A stretch of DNA of 64,000 nt from Octopus vulgaris (GCA_951406725.2 OX597834.1:12152001-12216000); one strand, 5' to 3'; shown: positions 11,956 to 26,534, counted from the first letter of the stretch. Made by a program: numbers and translations. The notes: a model not told the origin generated them from the sequence alone.

Positions 11956-12618
11956 TATATATACACTATTCATATACACGCTCATACAAGGCGTGAAAAA
12001 CGGAGAAACAAAGAATAGATATTCTAGATAAATATATAATTAGGTCGTATCAATCATCGCAATAACTTCTACTTCATATAATTGGCACTGCAGTAATTTA
12101 TTAGACCATTTGACACTTAACAGGAATCATGAAATCAAATTCTTTAAAGAATTTATTTCCAAAACGAAATTTCAATTCTTCTTCTAGTACTGCTTTTAGT
12201 TTAAATTCTGGCAGTCACCAAGAAACAATAGCTTTATTAATCATTTCATCTATGAATAATAATCACATCCATAAATATTTACTATGTCCATAAATATTCA
12301 AAATATCCATAAACATTTCATTTTTAATAGACTTTAGAAATTGTGAGCTTTTAAACAGTTTCACAATAATATCACACACACAAACACACATACACGTACA
12401 AACGAATAATTATAGATAAATAAATACAAAACGCTAAAGTAAAATAGTCGATATATATATTATATGCATTGTGTGTATGTGTGCACGCGTGTATATATTC
12501 ATACATATTTCATTAAGCGCATAAAAAAGAAACTGATATATGTCTGTCTAAACATCTATCTATCTATATACGTATATATATATATATATATATACATTTA
12601 TGGAAGTATCTATACGTA

Positions 12619-12669
<51 letters not shown>

Positions 12670-13174
12670 AACTATGCGCAAAAGATTAAATACAAACACT
12701 TATTCGCATAGTCGTAGACGCAGAATCAGAAACACATTATACGCCAACATAATCATTCAGGAAAAAAAAAGTATTAAATAAAAATAACTTTTTTTTGTTT
12801 TGTTTTTGATTTCAAAAAAAAAAAAAAAATTTACTGAGGGAATAAATACTCTAATCAATAATAATCTAAGAGTAAGAAGAAAATACGGAACAAATATTCC
12901 AACAAATAAGAATAAACACAATAATATAAGAACAACAACAAAAATGACTGAATCTCATGCGACTCAAGTATTACTGTTTAATAGTTATGAGGAAAAAAAA
13001 GTTACGAGAATCGAATTGATTCAATCAAAGTATGAACCAAGATGGCGGTCCTGTCGGATGAAAAAGTACTTGTTTAGTACAATGTCATTGATCCCAACTC
13101 GAATGATTTAGAAAGTTATGAACTAAGATAAGAAGCAAAAAAAAAATTATATTTAGTGAGTACGTCTGAAGATT

Positions 13175-13252
13175 ATACATACATATATGCATGTACCTAT
13201 GTGTATGTGCATATATATATATATATATATAGATGCATGTATATATAGTTAC

Positions 13253-13287
<35 letters not shown>

Positions 13288-13640
13288 TAGATAGATACAT
13301 GTATATATATATATATAGATAGATACATGCATATATATATATAGATGCATGTATGTAATGTATATATATATGTATATAGATATAGATGCATATATATGTA
13401 TATATGTATATATATATAGATGCATGTATATATATATATATGTATATATATATATAGATGCATGTATATATATATGTATATATATATGTATATATATGTG
13501 TATATGTATATATATATGTATATATATATATGTATATATATGTGTATATATAGATACATGTATATATAGATACATGTCTATATATATATGTATATATATA
13601 GAGAGAGATTTGCATAACTATATGTATATATATTTCCATA

Positions 13641-13685
<45 letters not shown>
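13175..13685. repeat. Compound TA-rich microsatellite with agatgcatg interruptions
   Basis: Directly visible; similar tracts at 14485-14770, 15050-15400, 29360-29770, 30410-30700, 36990-37300, 44940-45345 and 61200-61850. Confidence 0.9.
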
Positions 13686-14682
13686 CTTTAAAATCGAATT
13701 CATGACATAGGTAGGAAAACAAAGTATGTATGATTTATATCGCTACAATTCGATCGCTAAACACGAATAAAAAGAGAACAACAAAAACAGAAGCCAATTT
13801 TTGGTATGAAACCAAGAGATGTGAGAAACGAACCGATGTAAAATGAAAACCACGAAAAATTAGAAGAAACGAAGAGCAATATAAACAAACTTCGAAATCA
13901 ATATTGAAGATATGGAACCACTACTACAACAACTACACCTACTACTACTTATGATGATGATGAGGATAATAATAATAATAATAATAATAACAACAGCAAT
14001 TATAATAATAGCAATGGAAAGAAAATACAATTGATTAGCACTGATATATAGGAGATATGATGGAAGGATCGAAGTTAAAGTACAAGAATGATACAAGAAA
14101 GTACAAAGAGAAGGAGATACACAAAAGAAGATATTTATTTTGGGAATTGAATAAAAGATATAAGAAACGAAATGTAAAGAAAGAGAGAACAGAGTGAAAT
14201 GTGAGATAAGGAGTTGGCGGGGAGAGGGGAGTTTAAAAAAAAAATATTTGAATCATTGTGAGAAATTAACTCCATGATGGAAAAAAAAAAATGTATATAA
14301 ATATGTATAAAGCTTCGTATTTGATGGTTTACAATGATTGGAACGCAAAGTGAACAAAAAATTTGGAATGGAAGTTGATGGAAAGTCAAAAGAAAAAAAA
14401 AATGGAATAAGAAACGAAACGAAAGGAAACTTCACTAGCAGTAATTGAAAACATAACAGATAAAACTGTACAAAATAGGAATGCATATGTATGTATATAT
14501 ATATATATATATACATATATACATATATACTTACATACATATATATATATTCATATATATATATATACACATACATATATACACGCACATATATACACAC
14601 ATATATACACACATATATATACACACACATATATACACACATATATATACACACATATATATACACATATATATATACACAC

Positions 14683-14733
<51 letters not shown>

Positions 14734-15052
14734 CACATACATATACACATACATATACACATACACATATACGATACAGACATGAAGTGAGAGATAGTAC
14801 AATGACAAAACAAAATGGGGAAATATAACTATGTAGGCTAATAATGTCTCTCTCATAGTGTCTCTCTTATGCTCGTTTTTAACTCTCCCTTACACACGTT
14901 CTCTCTCTCTTTCTCTATGCCTCGCTCACAAACACATTCCTGTTTCTATCTGTCTCTCTCTCTCTCTCTCTCTACCTATAATGATCTACATACTGATCAT
15001 GATATATATATGTGTGTGTGTATCCATACATATACAGTTTAACATATATACC

Positions 15053-15085
<33 letters not shown>

Positions 15086-16069
15086 TATGTATATATGTAT
15101 ATATGTACATGAAAATATTCGTATATTCACACGTAAGTTTACACGCTTATATTTATAGAAATCCCCCCTCCCCACTCTCTCTCATGCATATATATATATA
15201 TATATATACGTATACATATGTATATACATATATATGTATATATATATATATATATCTCATGCATATATATATATATATTCTCATGCATATATATATATAT
15301 ACATACATGTGTATATACATATATGCATACTTATGTATTCATATACATACTTATATGCATGCATACATATGTATATATGTATGTATGTATGTTTGTATGT
15401 TTGTTTGTGTCTGTGTGTTTGTGTGAATCTATTCAACATTTGCTTTAATATCTATCGAGCAAAAGCCAGGACCGCATGACCAGTTATTGCATTTAATGCT
15501 AACTTAAAACTACTCTGATGATTTAGTTAATAATTGTGGGCTTGCTTCGAATGTCATGATGTATTCACGTTAATCGATACGGACAAGATCTTAATCAATA
15601 CCAACAACCACCCTATAAAACGATGAATAGGAGGCATAAACGGGATAACATCGGAGGATATATCGTAATATGCTTAGTATATCTCACTGAAGAACTGCCT
15701 AGAGTTTTGGCACCAGTGTTCGTGAATATTCTCGTTTTGACTCCATAGCGGCTTATAAGCTATAATCCGCAAAACTACTTAATAAGCAGGCATGAACCTT
15801 TTGTAGTGTTCTGTGTAATCAATATCCCTTGCATGATGTAAAATATTTAATTACTTTTTATTAAGTCGCTGCTAATGAGTTTCGGATATTCGAAATGTTC
15901 GAAATGTTTATTACGCGATATTATTGGAAGCCATACATTTGACCTTTTATAAATTATTCAGAAAAATTATCATAGCTTTACTATTTAAAACAACACGCTT
16001 TAACAGGCTCTCACGTACCACCCACTTTGCATATATTTAGAGACGTCACAGATACGCACACATATATAA

Positions 16070-16228
16070 AGGCCTATTTTGTTGGAGAGACTGAGAAACA
16101 GAGAGAACGAAGAACGAATCAGAATGAGTTTGTAATATATGTGTGTTTGTGTGCGTGTATATATATATATAAACGAGGCCTATTTTGTTGGAGAGATTGA
16201 GAAACAGAGAGAACGAATAACGAATCAG
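16070..16228. repeat. 53-bp direct duplication (16070-16122 and 16176-16228)
   Basis: aggcctattttgttggagaga.tgagaaacagagagaacgaa.aacgaatcag twice. Confidence 0.85.
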
Positions 16229-16634
16229 TGTATATATATATATATATATATATGTACAAAAATATAAGGAGTGGCCATAATAAGACATTCGACTCACTAG
16301 AAAGAGCAGCCAAACTCAAACCGCTAATAGTTGTAATTCTGAAGTTGAAAGAGAAAGAAAAACGTTTACCCCTTTCATCACTGGACTATGCATATTTTCG
16401 GCAAACTTTAGTAAACAAATTAATTAAATTAAATTAAATTTATTTACTACTGGCGTGCCTCGTCAGCAGAGAAGCCAAGGACGAGCATATATCCACGAGG
16501 CGATAGTAAGGAAGCCTCCAGTCTATATGCTATAAATTTTCAAAATCTACCGCAATCGCGCGGTCTTCTCAGCTGCAAATATAAACTGCTGATTTAATTT
16601 CAAAATTAGCCAAAAAATCATTAATTAACCCTTA

Positions 16635-16687
<53 letters not shown>

Positions 16688-17644
16688 ATGTACACATATA
16701 TATTTACAACTATTCTCTGTCTCTCTTTCCCTCTCTCTGTATATATTATATATACGTATGTATACCTAGCTGTCTATCTATCTATGTCGACATGCCGTGC
16801 ACACGCCGACATACACACATATACGCATATACTCACAGACACACACACACACACACACAAACACATACATGCACATGTAACGCTTTGGTAGAACAGCTTC
16901 AGCTGTCATATGGGAAGATAAATAATTTCTCAAGATCAGCCGTGATAATTTGCTCTAATGTGAGTTAGAATATTTAAAACCTTAATTACATCCTTTTTAT
17001 TACCAACCAGGTTATTTAAGAGATAGGTGTCGCAGCTAATAATATTGTCATTAATATCCATTCTGCTGATCGTTAATGAGCGGGGGGAAACATATTCAGA
17101 CTGCATTACATGGGATAATACAGGTATGTCAAATGCCAAGTAACATAACTCGTTCAATGTAGTGTTTTTCGCTATGTTCTTCTTTCGTTACAGACTTCGG
17201 CCACACTGCGGCACCGCCTTGAAGTAAGGTTTAGTCGAACGACACGACCCCTGTGCTTCTTCCTTTGCAGCTTGATTCTTACTCTATTGGTCTAATTTGA
17301 CGAAACGCTAATATTACACTAATATTATTCATTCGTCCAAGGATTCTTAAAAACTGTGCCAAAGCATTGTCGCAGTCCAATTCTTTCAATCAAATGACAT
17401 AATAGCATACCAGAGCTTTCCTGATGTCTTTTTATTTAATTTTAAGGATTATATTCTCAAGAAAATCGCCCCTCTTTCTATCCAGAGATAGGTCTATGGG
17501 GCAAAATGAAAAATCACTTCAAATCAAATAGATTACTTCATCGCTGTGTTTTCTAGCAACAATTCAACCATTAGAAAGCATTAAGTCAAATCGATATTTA
17601 AATTTATCCTGATACTGCATAAATTTCAAAACCCGGTGAAGGTC

Positions 17645-17956
17645 ATCGATGATGATGATGATGATTTAAATGAAAGTGATGATAATGAGGTTGATTACAT
17701 AACAACCATGGCATTGTTGATGACGATGATAATGATGATGATGAAGATGATGATGATGATGAGAATGATGATGATGAGAATGATGAGAATGATGATGATA
17801 ATGATGATGATAATAATGATGATAATAATGATGATAATGATAATAATGATGATAATGATAATAATGATGATATTGATAATAATGATGATAATGATAATAA
17901 TGATGATATTGATGATAATAATGATGATGATGACAATGATGATAATAATAATAATA

Positions 17957-17991
<35 letters not shown>

Positions 17992-18360
17992 AATAATGAT
18001 GATGATGATGATAATAATGATGATAATAATAATGATAATAACGATGATGATAATAATAATGATGATAATAATGATGATGATAATAATAATGATGATGATG
18101 GTGATGACAATAATGGTGATTACAATAATGATGATGATAATGATGATGATGATAATAATGATGATGATGATAATAATGATGATAATAATGATGATGATAA
18201 TAATGATGATGATAATAATGATGATGATGATGCTGATGATTGGCGATGATTATCACGTAAGAAGTGAGAACGATGATGGAAGTGATAATGCTGTTGTGGG
18301 TGATGACAATGAAAATGATGGCGATGATTAGAATCGATGATATTGATGATGATGATGGTT
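17645..18360. repeat. (ATG/ATA)n trinucleotide microsatellite, ~700 bp
   Basis: Directly visible; source of the spurious poly-M/I, poly-S/L and poly-H/Y ORFs. Confidence 0.95.
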
Positions 18361-18444
18361 GTGGTGGCGGTGGTGGTTGGGGGTGGGTATTTTGGTCGTG
18401 GTGCAGGTCGTAGCGATAATGATTGTAATAATTACGATGATAAT

Positions 18445-18617
18445 GGCGTAGGTGTGGCTGTATAGTAAGTAACTTTCTTACGAACCACATCGTTCCGGGT
18501 TCAGTCCCACTGCGTGGCACCTTGTGCAGGTGTCTTCTACTATAGCCTTGGGCCGTCCAGAGTCTTGAGAGTGGATTTGGTAGACGGAAACTGAAAGAAG
18601 CCCGTCGTGTATGTATG

Positions 18618-18660
<43 letters not shown>

Positions 18661-19003
18661 CCGCTAAGTTACAGGGACATAAACACACCAGCATCGGTTG
18701 TCAAGAGATGTTGGGGGGACAGACACAAACATACACACACACACATATATATACGTATATATATATATATACACACACATATGTATGTATGTGTCTGTTT
18801 GTCCACCCAAAAAACCTCTCTTGACAACCAATGCTGGTGTGTTTACGTTCCCGTAACTTAGCGGCTCGGCAAGAAAGGCCGATATAATAAGTACTAGGCT
18901 CACAAAAGAATAAGTCCTGGAGGTCGATTTGCTCGACTAAAGGAGGTCCTCCAGCATGGCCGGCCACAGTGAAATGACTGAAACAAGAAAAAGACTAAAA
19001 GAG
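18445..19003 (+). mobile_element. SINE family A with an internal inverted duplication
   Basis: Head at 18445; 18661-18735 is the reverse complement of 18790-18864; normal tail to 19003. Confidence 0.85.
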
Positions 19004-19401
19004 TGATAGTGCTATTGTTATTGTTGTTGGTAGTAGCGATGATTATAATTTTAATGATGAAGATGGTAGTAACGTCTGTATATGATATGTTTATGGCGGA
19101 CCCATTGTTCGATCGTAATGATGAAGGCGTTGATGATAACAGTTATGACAGTTTTGTGATAAACTAGACAGTCACAATGTTTTATTACAGTGTTGTATAT
19201 TATATTGCAGCATAGAATACACAATCATGAACGCGTCTGTAATTATGTAGCCTGCAAATAATTATTCCAGAACTTTCTTCCAAAATTCATGTGAAATATA
19301 TGACAACAATGATCATAACTACCGTTAACTAATTTAGCTCATAAAACTGAAACAGTAACACCGATAATGCTGCAGTGTAGTCTTCTAAAATATATATATA
19401 T

Positions 19402-19563
19402 GGCGTAGGAGTGGATGTGTGGTAAGTAGCTTGTTTACCAACCACATGGTTCCGGGTTCAGTCCCACTACGTGGCACCTTGGGCAAGTGTCTTCTACTAT
19501 AGCCTCGGGCCGACCAAAGCCTTGTGCGTGGATTTGGTAGATGGAAACTGAAAGAAGCCCGTC

Positions 19564-19600
<37 letters not shown>

Positions 19601-19825
19601 TGTGTGTGTTTGTGTGTCTGTGTTTGTCCACCTAGCATTGCTTGACAACCGATGCTGGTGTTTATGTCCGCGTTACTTAGCGGTTCGGCAAAACAGACCG
19701 ATAGAATAAGTACTGGGCTTACTAAAGAATAAGTCCCAGGGTCGAGTTGCTCGATTAAAGGCGGTGCTCCAGCATGGCCGCAGTCAAATGACTGAAACAA
19801 GTAAAAGAGAGAGAGAGAAAGAGAG
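19402..19825 (+). mobile_element. SINE family A, full length
   Basis: Consensus match. Confidence 0.9.
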
Positions 19826-19856
<31 letters not shown>

Positions 19857-19885
19857 ATGTGTGTGTGTGTGTGAATGTATGTATG

Positions 19886-19917
<32 letters not shown>

Positions 19918-19925
19918 AATGCATT

Positions 19926-19977
<52 letters not shown>

Positions 19978-19992
19978 CATACATACACACAT

Positions 19993-20190
19993 AGGAGTGG
20001 CTGTGTGGTAAGTAGGCTGCTTAACAACCACATAGTTCCGGATTCAATCCCACTGCGTGACACCTTGGGCAAGTGTCTTCTACTACAGCCTCGGGCTGAC
20101 GAAAACCTTGTGAGTGGATTTAGTAGACGGAAAGATGGTGCTCCACTCTGGCCGCAGTCGAATGACTGAAACAAGTAACAGAGTAATAAA
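19993..20190 (+). mobile_element. SINE family A with internal deletion
   Basis: Head joins directly to ggtgctcca..cagtcgaatgactgaaacaag tail. Confidence 0.8.
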
Positions 20191-20195
20191 AACAA

Positions 20196-20249
<54 letters not shown>

Positions 20250-20286
20250 GCATGTATGTATATGTATGTGTGTATGTATGTATGTC

Positions 20287-20317
<31 letters not shown>

Positions 20318-20714
20318 ATGTATAAATCTATATGCTAGCATTTCGCATTGTTTATGTTGATTAATATTGATAGGAAATTTGGCATTTTCTCTTAAAATAT
20401 TAATTGCTAACATTAAGTTAATGTTCCCTAGATTAGTATTAGGTAAAGCTGATAATAACGTGGACTTTCTTTGCGAGGAAAATGATGTTTGAACAATATA
20501 TCAATAAATATTAACTTCATTTCTTTAACGTATTTCCATAGATTACCAGAAATTTGAAGTATAAACACACATATTTATTTATACAGGTATATATATATAT
20601 ATATATAATAAATTAGTAATGCAATACTAGAGTATTGTTTTCCAGTAAAGAATAGCCCGTGAGGGAAAAATATACAAAGAAGTAAATATATTTACTTTGT
20701 ATATATATATATAT

Positions 20715-20810
20715 AAATTTAATCCAAACAAGAAAACACAGAAAAAAACACAGCAACGCGAGGACGTGGAACAATTAAAGTATTATTTGACGCTCAGGAA
20801 AGAAGGGAAG

Positions 20811-20812
<2 letters not shown>
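20715..20812 (-). mobile_element. Fragment of the hammerhead-like family seen at 55128-55325
   Basis: aatccaaacaagaaa..aacgcgaggacgtggaacaa..gacgctcaggaaagaa is the reverse complement of 55228-55320; embedded in (TA)n. Confidence 0.75.
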
Positions 20813-20858
<46 letters not shown>

Positions 20859-20859
<1 letters not shown>

Positions 20860-21072
20860 TCTTTACTGTTTTACTTGTTTCAGTCATTTGACTGCGGCCA
20901 TGCTGGAGCACCGCCTTTATTCGAGCAAATCGACCCCGGGACTTATTCTTTGTAAGCCCAGTACTTACTCTATCGGTCTGTTTTGCCGAACCGCTAAGTG
21001 AAGGGGACGTAAACACGCCAGCATCGGTTGTCAAGCAATGCTAGGGGGACAAACACAGACACACACACACAC

Positions 21073-21107
<35 letters not shown>

Positions 21108-21270
21108 GACAGGCTTCTTTTCAGTTTCCGTCTACCAAATACACTCACAAGGCATTGGTCGGCCCGGGGCTATGGCAGAAGACACTTGCACAAGATGCCA
21201 CGCAGTGGGACTGAACCCGGAACCATGTGGTTGGTTAGCAATCTACTTACCACACAGCCACTCCCGCGCC
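20859..21270 (-). mobile_element. SINE family A, full length
   Basis: Consensus match. Confidence 0.9.
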
Positions 21271-22464
21271 TTTATATATATATATATATATATTCAGATG
21301 AATATGGTACTTAATTTGAGGCACCAGAATTTGGTACGGTATTATCCATACAATTTCAAAGCCAGGTGATTAAAATCAAAATAAGCAACAAGGATATCCA
21401 GAGGTAATGCAGCTGTTTAGGTTGTTGCCGTATTACCCCTGCATTACCTGTGGATCCTCTTGTTGCTACTTTTCTTTGATAAAACAGCTGGTTATATGTA
21501 TGAGTTGAAGTCATGTAAGTGACTATTGATGTAACGGTAGATAGCATTGTCAGTTACTAGAAGAGAGTGATGACCCTAGTGACATAATAAAGAGAGCCAG
21601 ACAGTGTCATATACACGTTTAGTGTTGAAGACAGAAATTGTGTGAGTGACATATACGAATAGTGAAGTATTTATACTTTCAAAACAGGTAATGGTATAAA
21701 TTTCCTGTGCTTCAGGAGACATTTTTCAAAGTGGCTTCGCTTCTTGATGAACTGATCTGACATTTCGTCTGAAGCTGTGTGAAGTGTCTCGAGGATAAGG
21801 TTCCTGTCATCTCTACATAATCCGATATATTTATTCTAATTTCAGAATCAACTGCGTATTTCATGGAACTAACGACTGATGGAGGAATCTGAGGCTTGTG
21901 TGTTTCTGGTTTAGAGAAACAGAGTTAATTACACATAATTATTTTTTTTCCTTTCGTGTTTTCAATATTTTTCGAGAAATACTTATAACTGATGAAAATC
22001 ATTTTCTTTTTTTCTCTTTTAAAATTTATCTTGTAACATACATATACATCATGGCGTATATTTTGGTTTAGTGTGTTGCGGTAATTTCTTATTCGTTGAT
22101 AATAACTTGAAAATTGCATGACTAATTAAGAACCATACATTTCGAATTTCGATTTTTTTAAAACTTAAAATCGTGGAATTTAGTTATTTTGCTTGATAAT
22201 GTTTTTTTTTCTCTTAAATTTTGCTTCTAGAGATGTAACTCATGATAAATTTATTTCTATTGAATAATTTTATATCGCAACTATTGGTAAAATTTCAGTT
22301 ATCGAGGTTGTGATATTTTGAGAATATCAGGTCTAATGTTTACGTAAAGATCAATGCAGCTCTCAAAAAAAAAGTTTGTACAGCGTCCTTTTCATTTTCT
22401 GCCAATCTACTTATTTATATATAATATATACTTGTGTGTCTCGAAGTAGATACAGCTTTTTTTT

Positions 22465-22638
22465 CTTTTATTTGTTTCAGTGATTTGACTGCAGCCATTC
22501 TGGAGCACCGCCTTTAGTCGAGCAAATCAACCCCAGAACTTATTCTTTGAAAGCCTATCGGTCTCTCTTGCCGGACCGCTAAGTGACGGGGATGTAAACA
22601 CACCAGCATCGTTTGTCAAGCGATGCTGGTGGGGACAA

Positions 22639-22682
<44 letters not shown>

Positions 22683-22842
22683 GATGGGCTTCTCAAAGCT
22701 TCCGTCTACCAAATCCACTGACAAGGCTTTGGTCGCCCCGAGGGTATAGTAGAAACTTGCCCAAAGTGCCACGCAGTGGGACTGAACCCGGAATCACGTG
22801 GCTGGTAAACAAGCTACTTACCGCACAACCACTCCTGAACCT
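22465..22842 (-). mobile_element. SINE family A flanked by a 32-bp direct repeat
   Basis: Consensus match; flanks 22426-22457 and 22850-22881. Confidence 0.85.
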
Positions 22843-23750
22843 ATGATACATATACCTGTGTATCTCGAAGTGGATACAGCTATATAATACATCACATAAT
22901 ATACTGGCTTAAAAACACGTGGATGGGAATAGTTCGGACCTGCATCCTTTGGACCGATAACAGATATATTAACCATTACAATAAGATAAACTTCATTCAC
23001 TTTTTGCATCCGAATTTTGAAGATAGAAATTAAGTCTGTTTACGTTATGCAAACTCAAAAGCTTCAAGAGGAATTCAAGTCATTTAATGGTGAAATGTAT
23101 TGAAGAAAATAGAAAAATGAAACGTGTTGTGACGAACGCCATTGCACGGAAAACGTCCTATGTTTTACATTTGTGAAGCGCCTATATTTTCATACCTTAA
23201 AATAATATCGCGTTCTCCTTTGTTATAATAATGTACATGATTTGATGGTCCAGAGGGGCCAAATCTTATTTCAGTGTAAGAACTCGTTTATCATCGCTAC
23301 AAATGCAATTCGGTACTATGCGGGTAAACACCGAATTGATAATATATCGCAGATTATTAATTTAATAAATATATAACAAAGTGATACGTTGACTTCGATA
23401 TTTAAAGTAAGATTAAAATATGTCAAATGATATCGAAGCATTTACATTTTCATGATAAAAGCACACATGCCGAAGAACAGTGACACACAGACACAAACAC
23501 ACACAGATTTATGTGTGCGTGGATATGTGAGTGCGTGTGCGGTAACACAGAGAGAGAGTGGCGTTTTAGATCATATATTTTATATATATGGGGATATATA
23601 TACGATTGTCCATAAATATCAATTCTCTAAATATGTCTGCATTCATAAGGATGAGTATTTATATATAGTGAGAGAAGAAAAGAAACACAAGAAATCTACA
23701 GCATAACTCATTATATCATATGTCTACCTTAAGACAATATACCGTTTGTT

Positions 23751-23786
<36 letters not shown>

Positions 23787-25727
23787 TATGTATATGTCAT
23801 ATACATATATGTATTAATACGTACTCCTATATGTATATATATAAATATAAACACACATATATTTTATATATCATATACATATATGCTTATGTATATGAAT
23901 ATATATATATTAATACGTACTTGTATATGTATATATGTTTATATATATACGCTTAGTTACTCACTTCCTATTTCCATATGGATAATTTCTGATGGCTGCA
24001 GATAAAGATATCCGACTTGAAATGAAGCTTAGAGATAACTCGTAGGGAGGTCATAGGTTAACATGTGCTGTCTGAGATATTAGTCAGACTGGGTGAGTGC
24101 TACAACTATATTAGCAAATGAAATAATAGACACAATAATATAAATAATATTTAAAAGTTATTTAAAAAAATAAAAGTTAACAATAGTCTCAATTATAATA
24201 TTGATTCCTTAGATAAATGAAGTGATCGAAACAATCATAAATTCAAGATAAAAGGTAATATTTAGACAATATATTCGTTCATTTCCAATGTATTTTTTAA
24301 GCTCAATTATGTTTCTCTGTTAGGTTTCCTTGTATCATATTTCACACGTATATGAACATAATATAACATATCCATTCGCATGTGCTTACGAACATACCAC
24401 TTACATATACATACATGCACACACACATATATACATATATATATAAATGTATATATGTGAATGGTTGTGTGTTTGCATATGTGTACGCACACACATATAT
24501 ATTAAGAAACATGTGCAATTACAAAATGCGTGGATGTACGCCATGTTAAACGCCCACTCGCTTTAACAACTTTCATAAATGAAATTCAGATGGCGTCAAT
24601 CAATTTTACATGATATAATAGTATTTATACAATCTCATTCGTAAATATTTTTCTCTTATATTAATAGCATGCTGGTGATTGATATGGTCTTACATAGACG
24701 GCGAATATAAACAGACAATACACGTGACAACCCTCGCTTACGATTTTATTTGAGATATCCAATAACTAGGGGAGAAAAATGGCTGTATAAGCAAAACCAA
24801 AAAAAAAAAAAAAAAAAATATAGAATAGCATCACAAATTTATTTTTGAAAATTATTAAGAAACTACTTTAAGATCTTAAGAGAATCTTGACTGATATATG
24901 ATAGCCTGGAATTCTAACACTATACAAACATTTCAGTCATATTGATATCTTTAAGTCCAATTTTTTTGGTCAGTCCATGTTAGAGAGAATTTGCAAGTAA
25001 ACGAATAGAGAATGGTAAAACATTGATGTTCTTTAAAAAAAAAAATCAGGCAAAATAATCGTTGAAATGAAAGAAGATTCCGATTTAAAATTAACGCAGC
25101 AATAATATTTCAGTTAAATATTTGTTCAATAAATAGCTTCAATAATGGACAAGACTATCAACTCTCCAAGTTTGATTTTATACATTATTTCACATCAATT
25201 ACCAGTCTTTTATTTCAAAATGCATTAACATTCGAATGCAATCACAATCCCATTAGTGAATCCGATATTAAAATCATTATACATGCAAGAAATGTACCGT
25301 CATCAATCAAAAATCCAATGAGAATAACGACAAATGACATTTCTTCTTTTGATGTTTGTATGAGTTGTGGTAGTTCTTGATGTTGTTATCCTAATAGACG
25401 CCTAATTTTGTTGTACCATTTGATGAAGCCGAATGGATTCAGCTCAAATGATTTGAAATATTAAATTTGCATCGAGAAAAACAGTTTAGAAGAGTATTTA
25501 ACAAGCCATTGAAAATATGGTTCCATGTTGATAAAGCTGTTCAGTTCTCATGGGTTGAAACGATACGTCAGAATTTTGAAATTCACAGTCATAAGCTGTT
25601 TTGAACAGCCGCGGTCTATTACGATGGATGTCTCCAAACCACCATATTCTCATCATCATTCGCCTCTCATGAAAAGCTGTTAGGTTATATATATACATAT
25701 GAATGTATGCATATATGAATATATATG

Positions 25728-26210
25728 CGTAAGAGTGGCACGGTGGTAAGTAGCTTGCTTACGAACCACATGGTTCCGGGTTCAGTCCCACTGCGTGGCA
25801 CCTTCGGCAAGGATCTTCTAATATATATTTCTTTATTGCCCACAAGGGGCTAAACATAGAGGGGACAAACAAGGACAGACAGAAGGATTAAGTCGATTAC
25901 ATCGACCCCAGTGCGAAACTGGTACTTTATTTATCAACCCCGAAAGGATGAAAGGCAAAGTCGACCTCGGCGGAATTTGAACTCAGAACGTAAGAGCAAT
26001 CGAAATACCGCTAAGCATTTCGCCCGGCGCGCAAACGTGTCTGCCAGCTTCGGAACAACAGCCTTGTGAGTGGATATGGTAGACGTAAACAGAAAGAAGC
26101 CCGTCGTATAAATACTAGGCTTACAAAGAAAAAGTCCTGGGGTCAATTTGCTCGACTAAAGGCGGTGCTCCAGCATGGCCACAGTCAAATGACTGAAACA
26201 AGTAAGAGAG
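25728..26210 (+). mobile_element. SINE family A interrupted by a family B insertion
   Basis: A head 25728-25820, A resumes at ~26058 (gccttgtgagtgg) and runs to the tail. Confidence 0.8.
25827..26049 (-). mobile_element. SINE family B, single unit with head
   Basis: Minus strand agctggcagacacgtttgcgcgccgggcgaaatgcttagcggtatttc, B-box gagttcaaattcc, gtcgactttgcctttcatcctttcgggg, tail ccccttgtgggcaataaagaaata. Confidence 0.9.
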
Positions 26211-26275
26211 CATATATATATATCTATATACATACTGCTGGTGTAGTGAATGGGGAAAGTTTGGTTTGTAATGCT

Positions 26276-26494
26276 TGCAGAAACATTAGCGCGCCGGGCG
26301 AAATGCTTAGCAGTATTTCATCTGCCATTACGTTCTGAGTTCAGATTCCGCCAAGGTCGACTTTGTATTTCATCCTTTCGGGGTCGATAAATAAAGTACC
26401 AGTTACGCCCTGGGGTCAATGCAATCGACTTAATCCCTTTGTCGGTCCTTGTTTGTCCCCTCTATGTTTAGCCCCTTGTGGGCAATAAAGAAAT
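26276..26494 (+). mobile_element. SINE family B, single unit
   Basis: Same consensus on the plus strand; inverted relative to 25827-26049. Confidence 0.9.
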
Positions 26495-26500
26495 ATATAA

Positions 26501-26534
<34 letters not shown>

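Noticed and set aside
16449-16522. CTGACGA on the minus strand with a short stem (possible hammerhead)
   Set aside because: No GAAA after the stem and no stem I/III
17636-18694. Poly-Met/Ile and poly-His/Tyr ORFs (231 and 342 aa)
   Set aside because: Pure (ATG/ATA)n repeat open in several frames on both strands, with no exon context
25498-25680. Minus-strand terminal exon candidate (AFHERRMMMRIWWFG...)
   Set aside because: Weak acceptor, no recognisable domain and no partner exons identified
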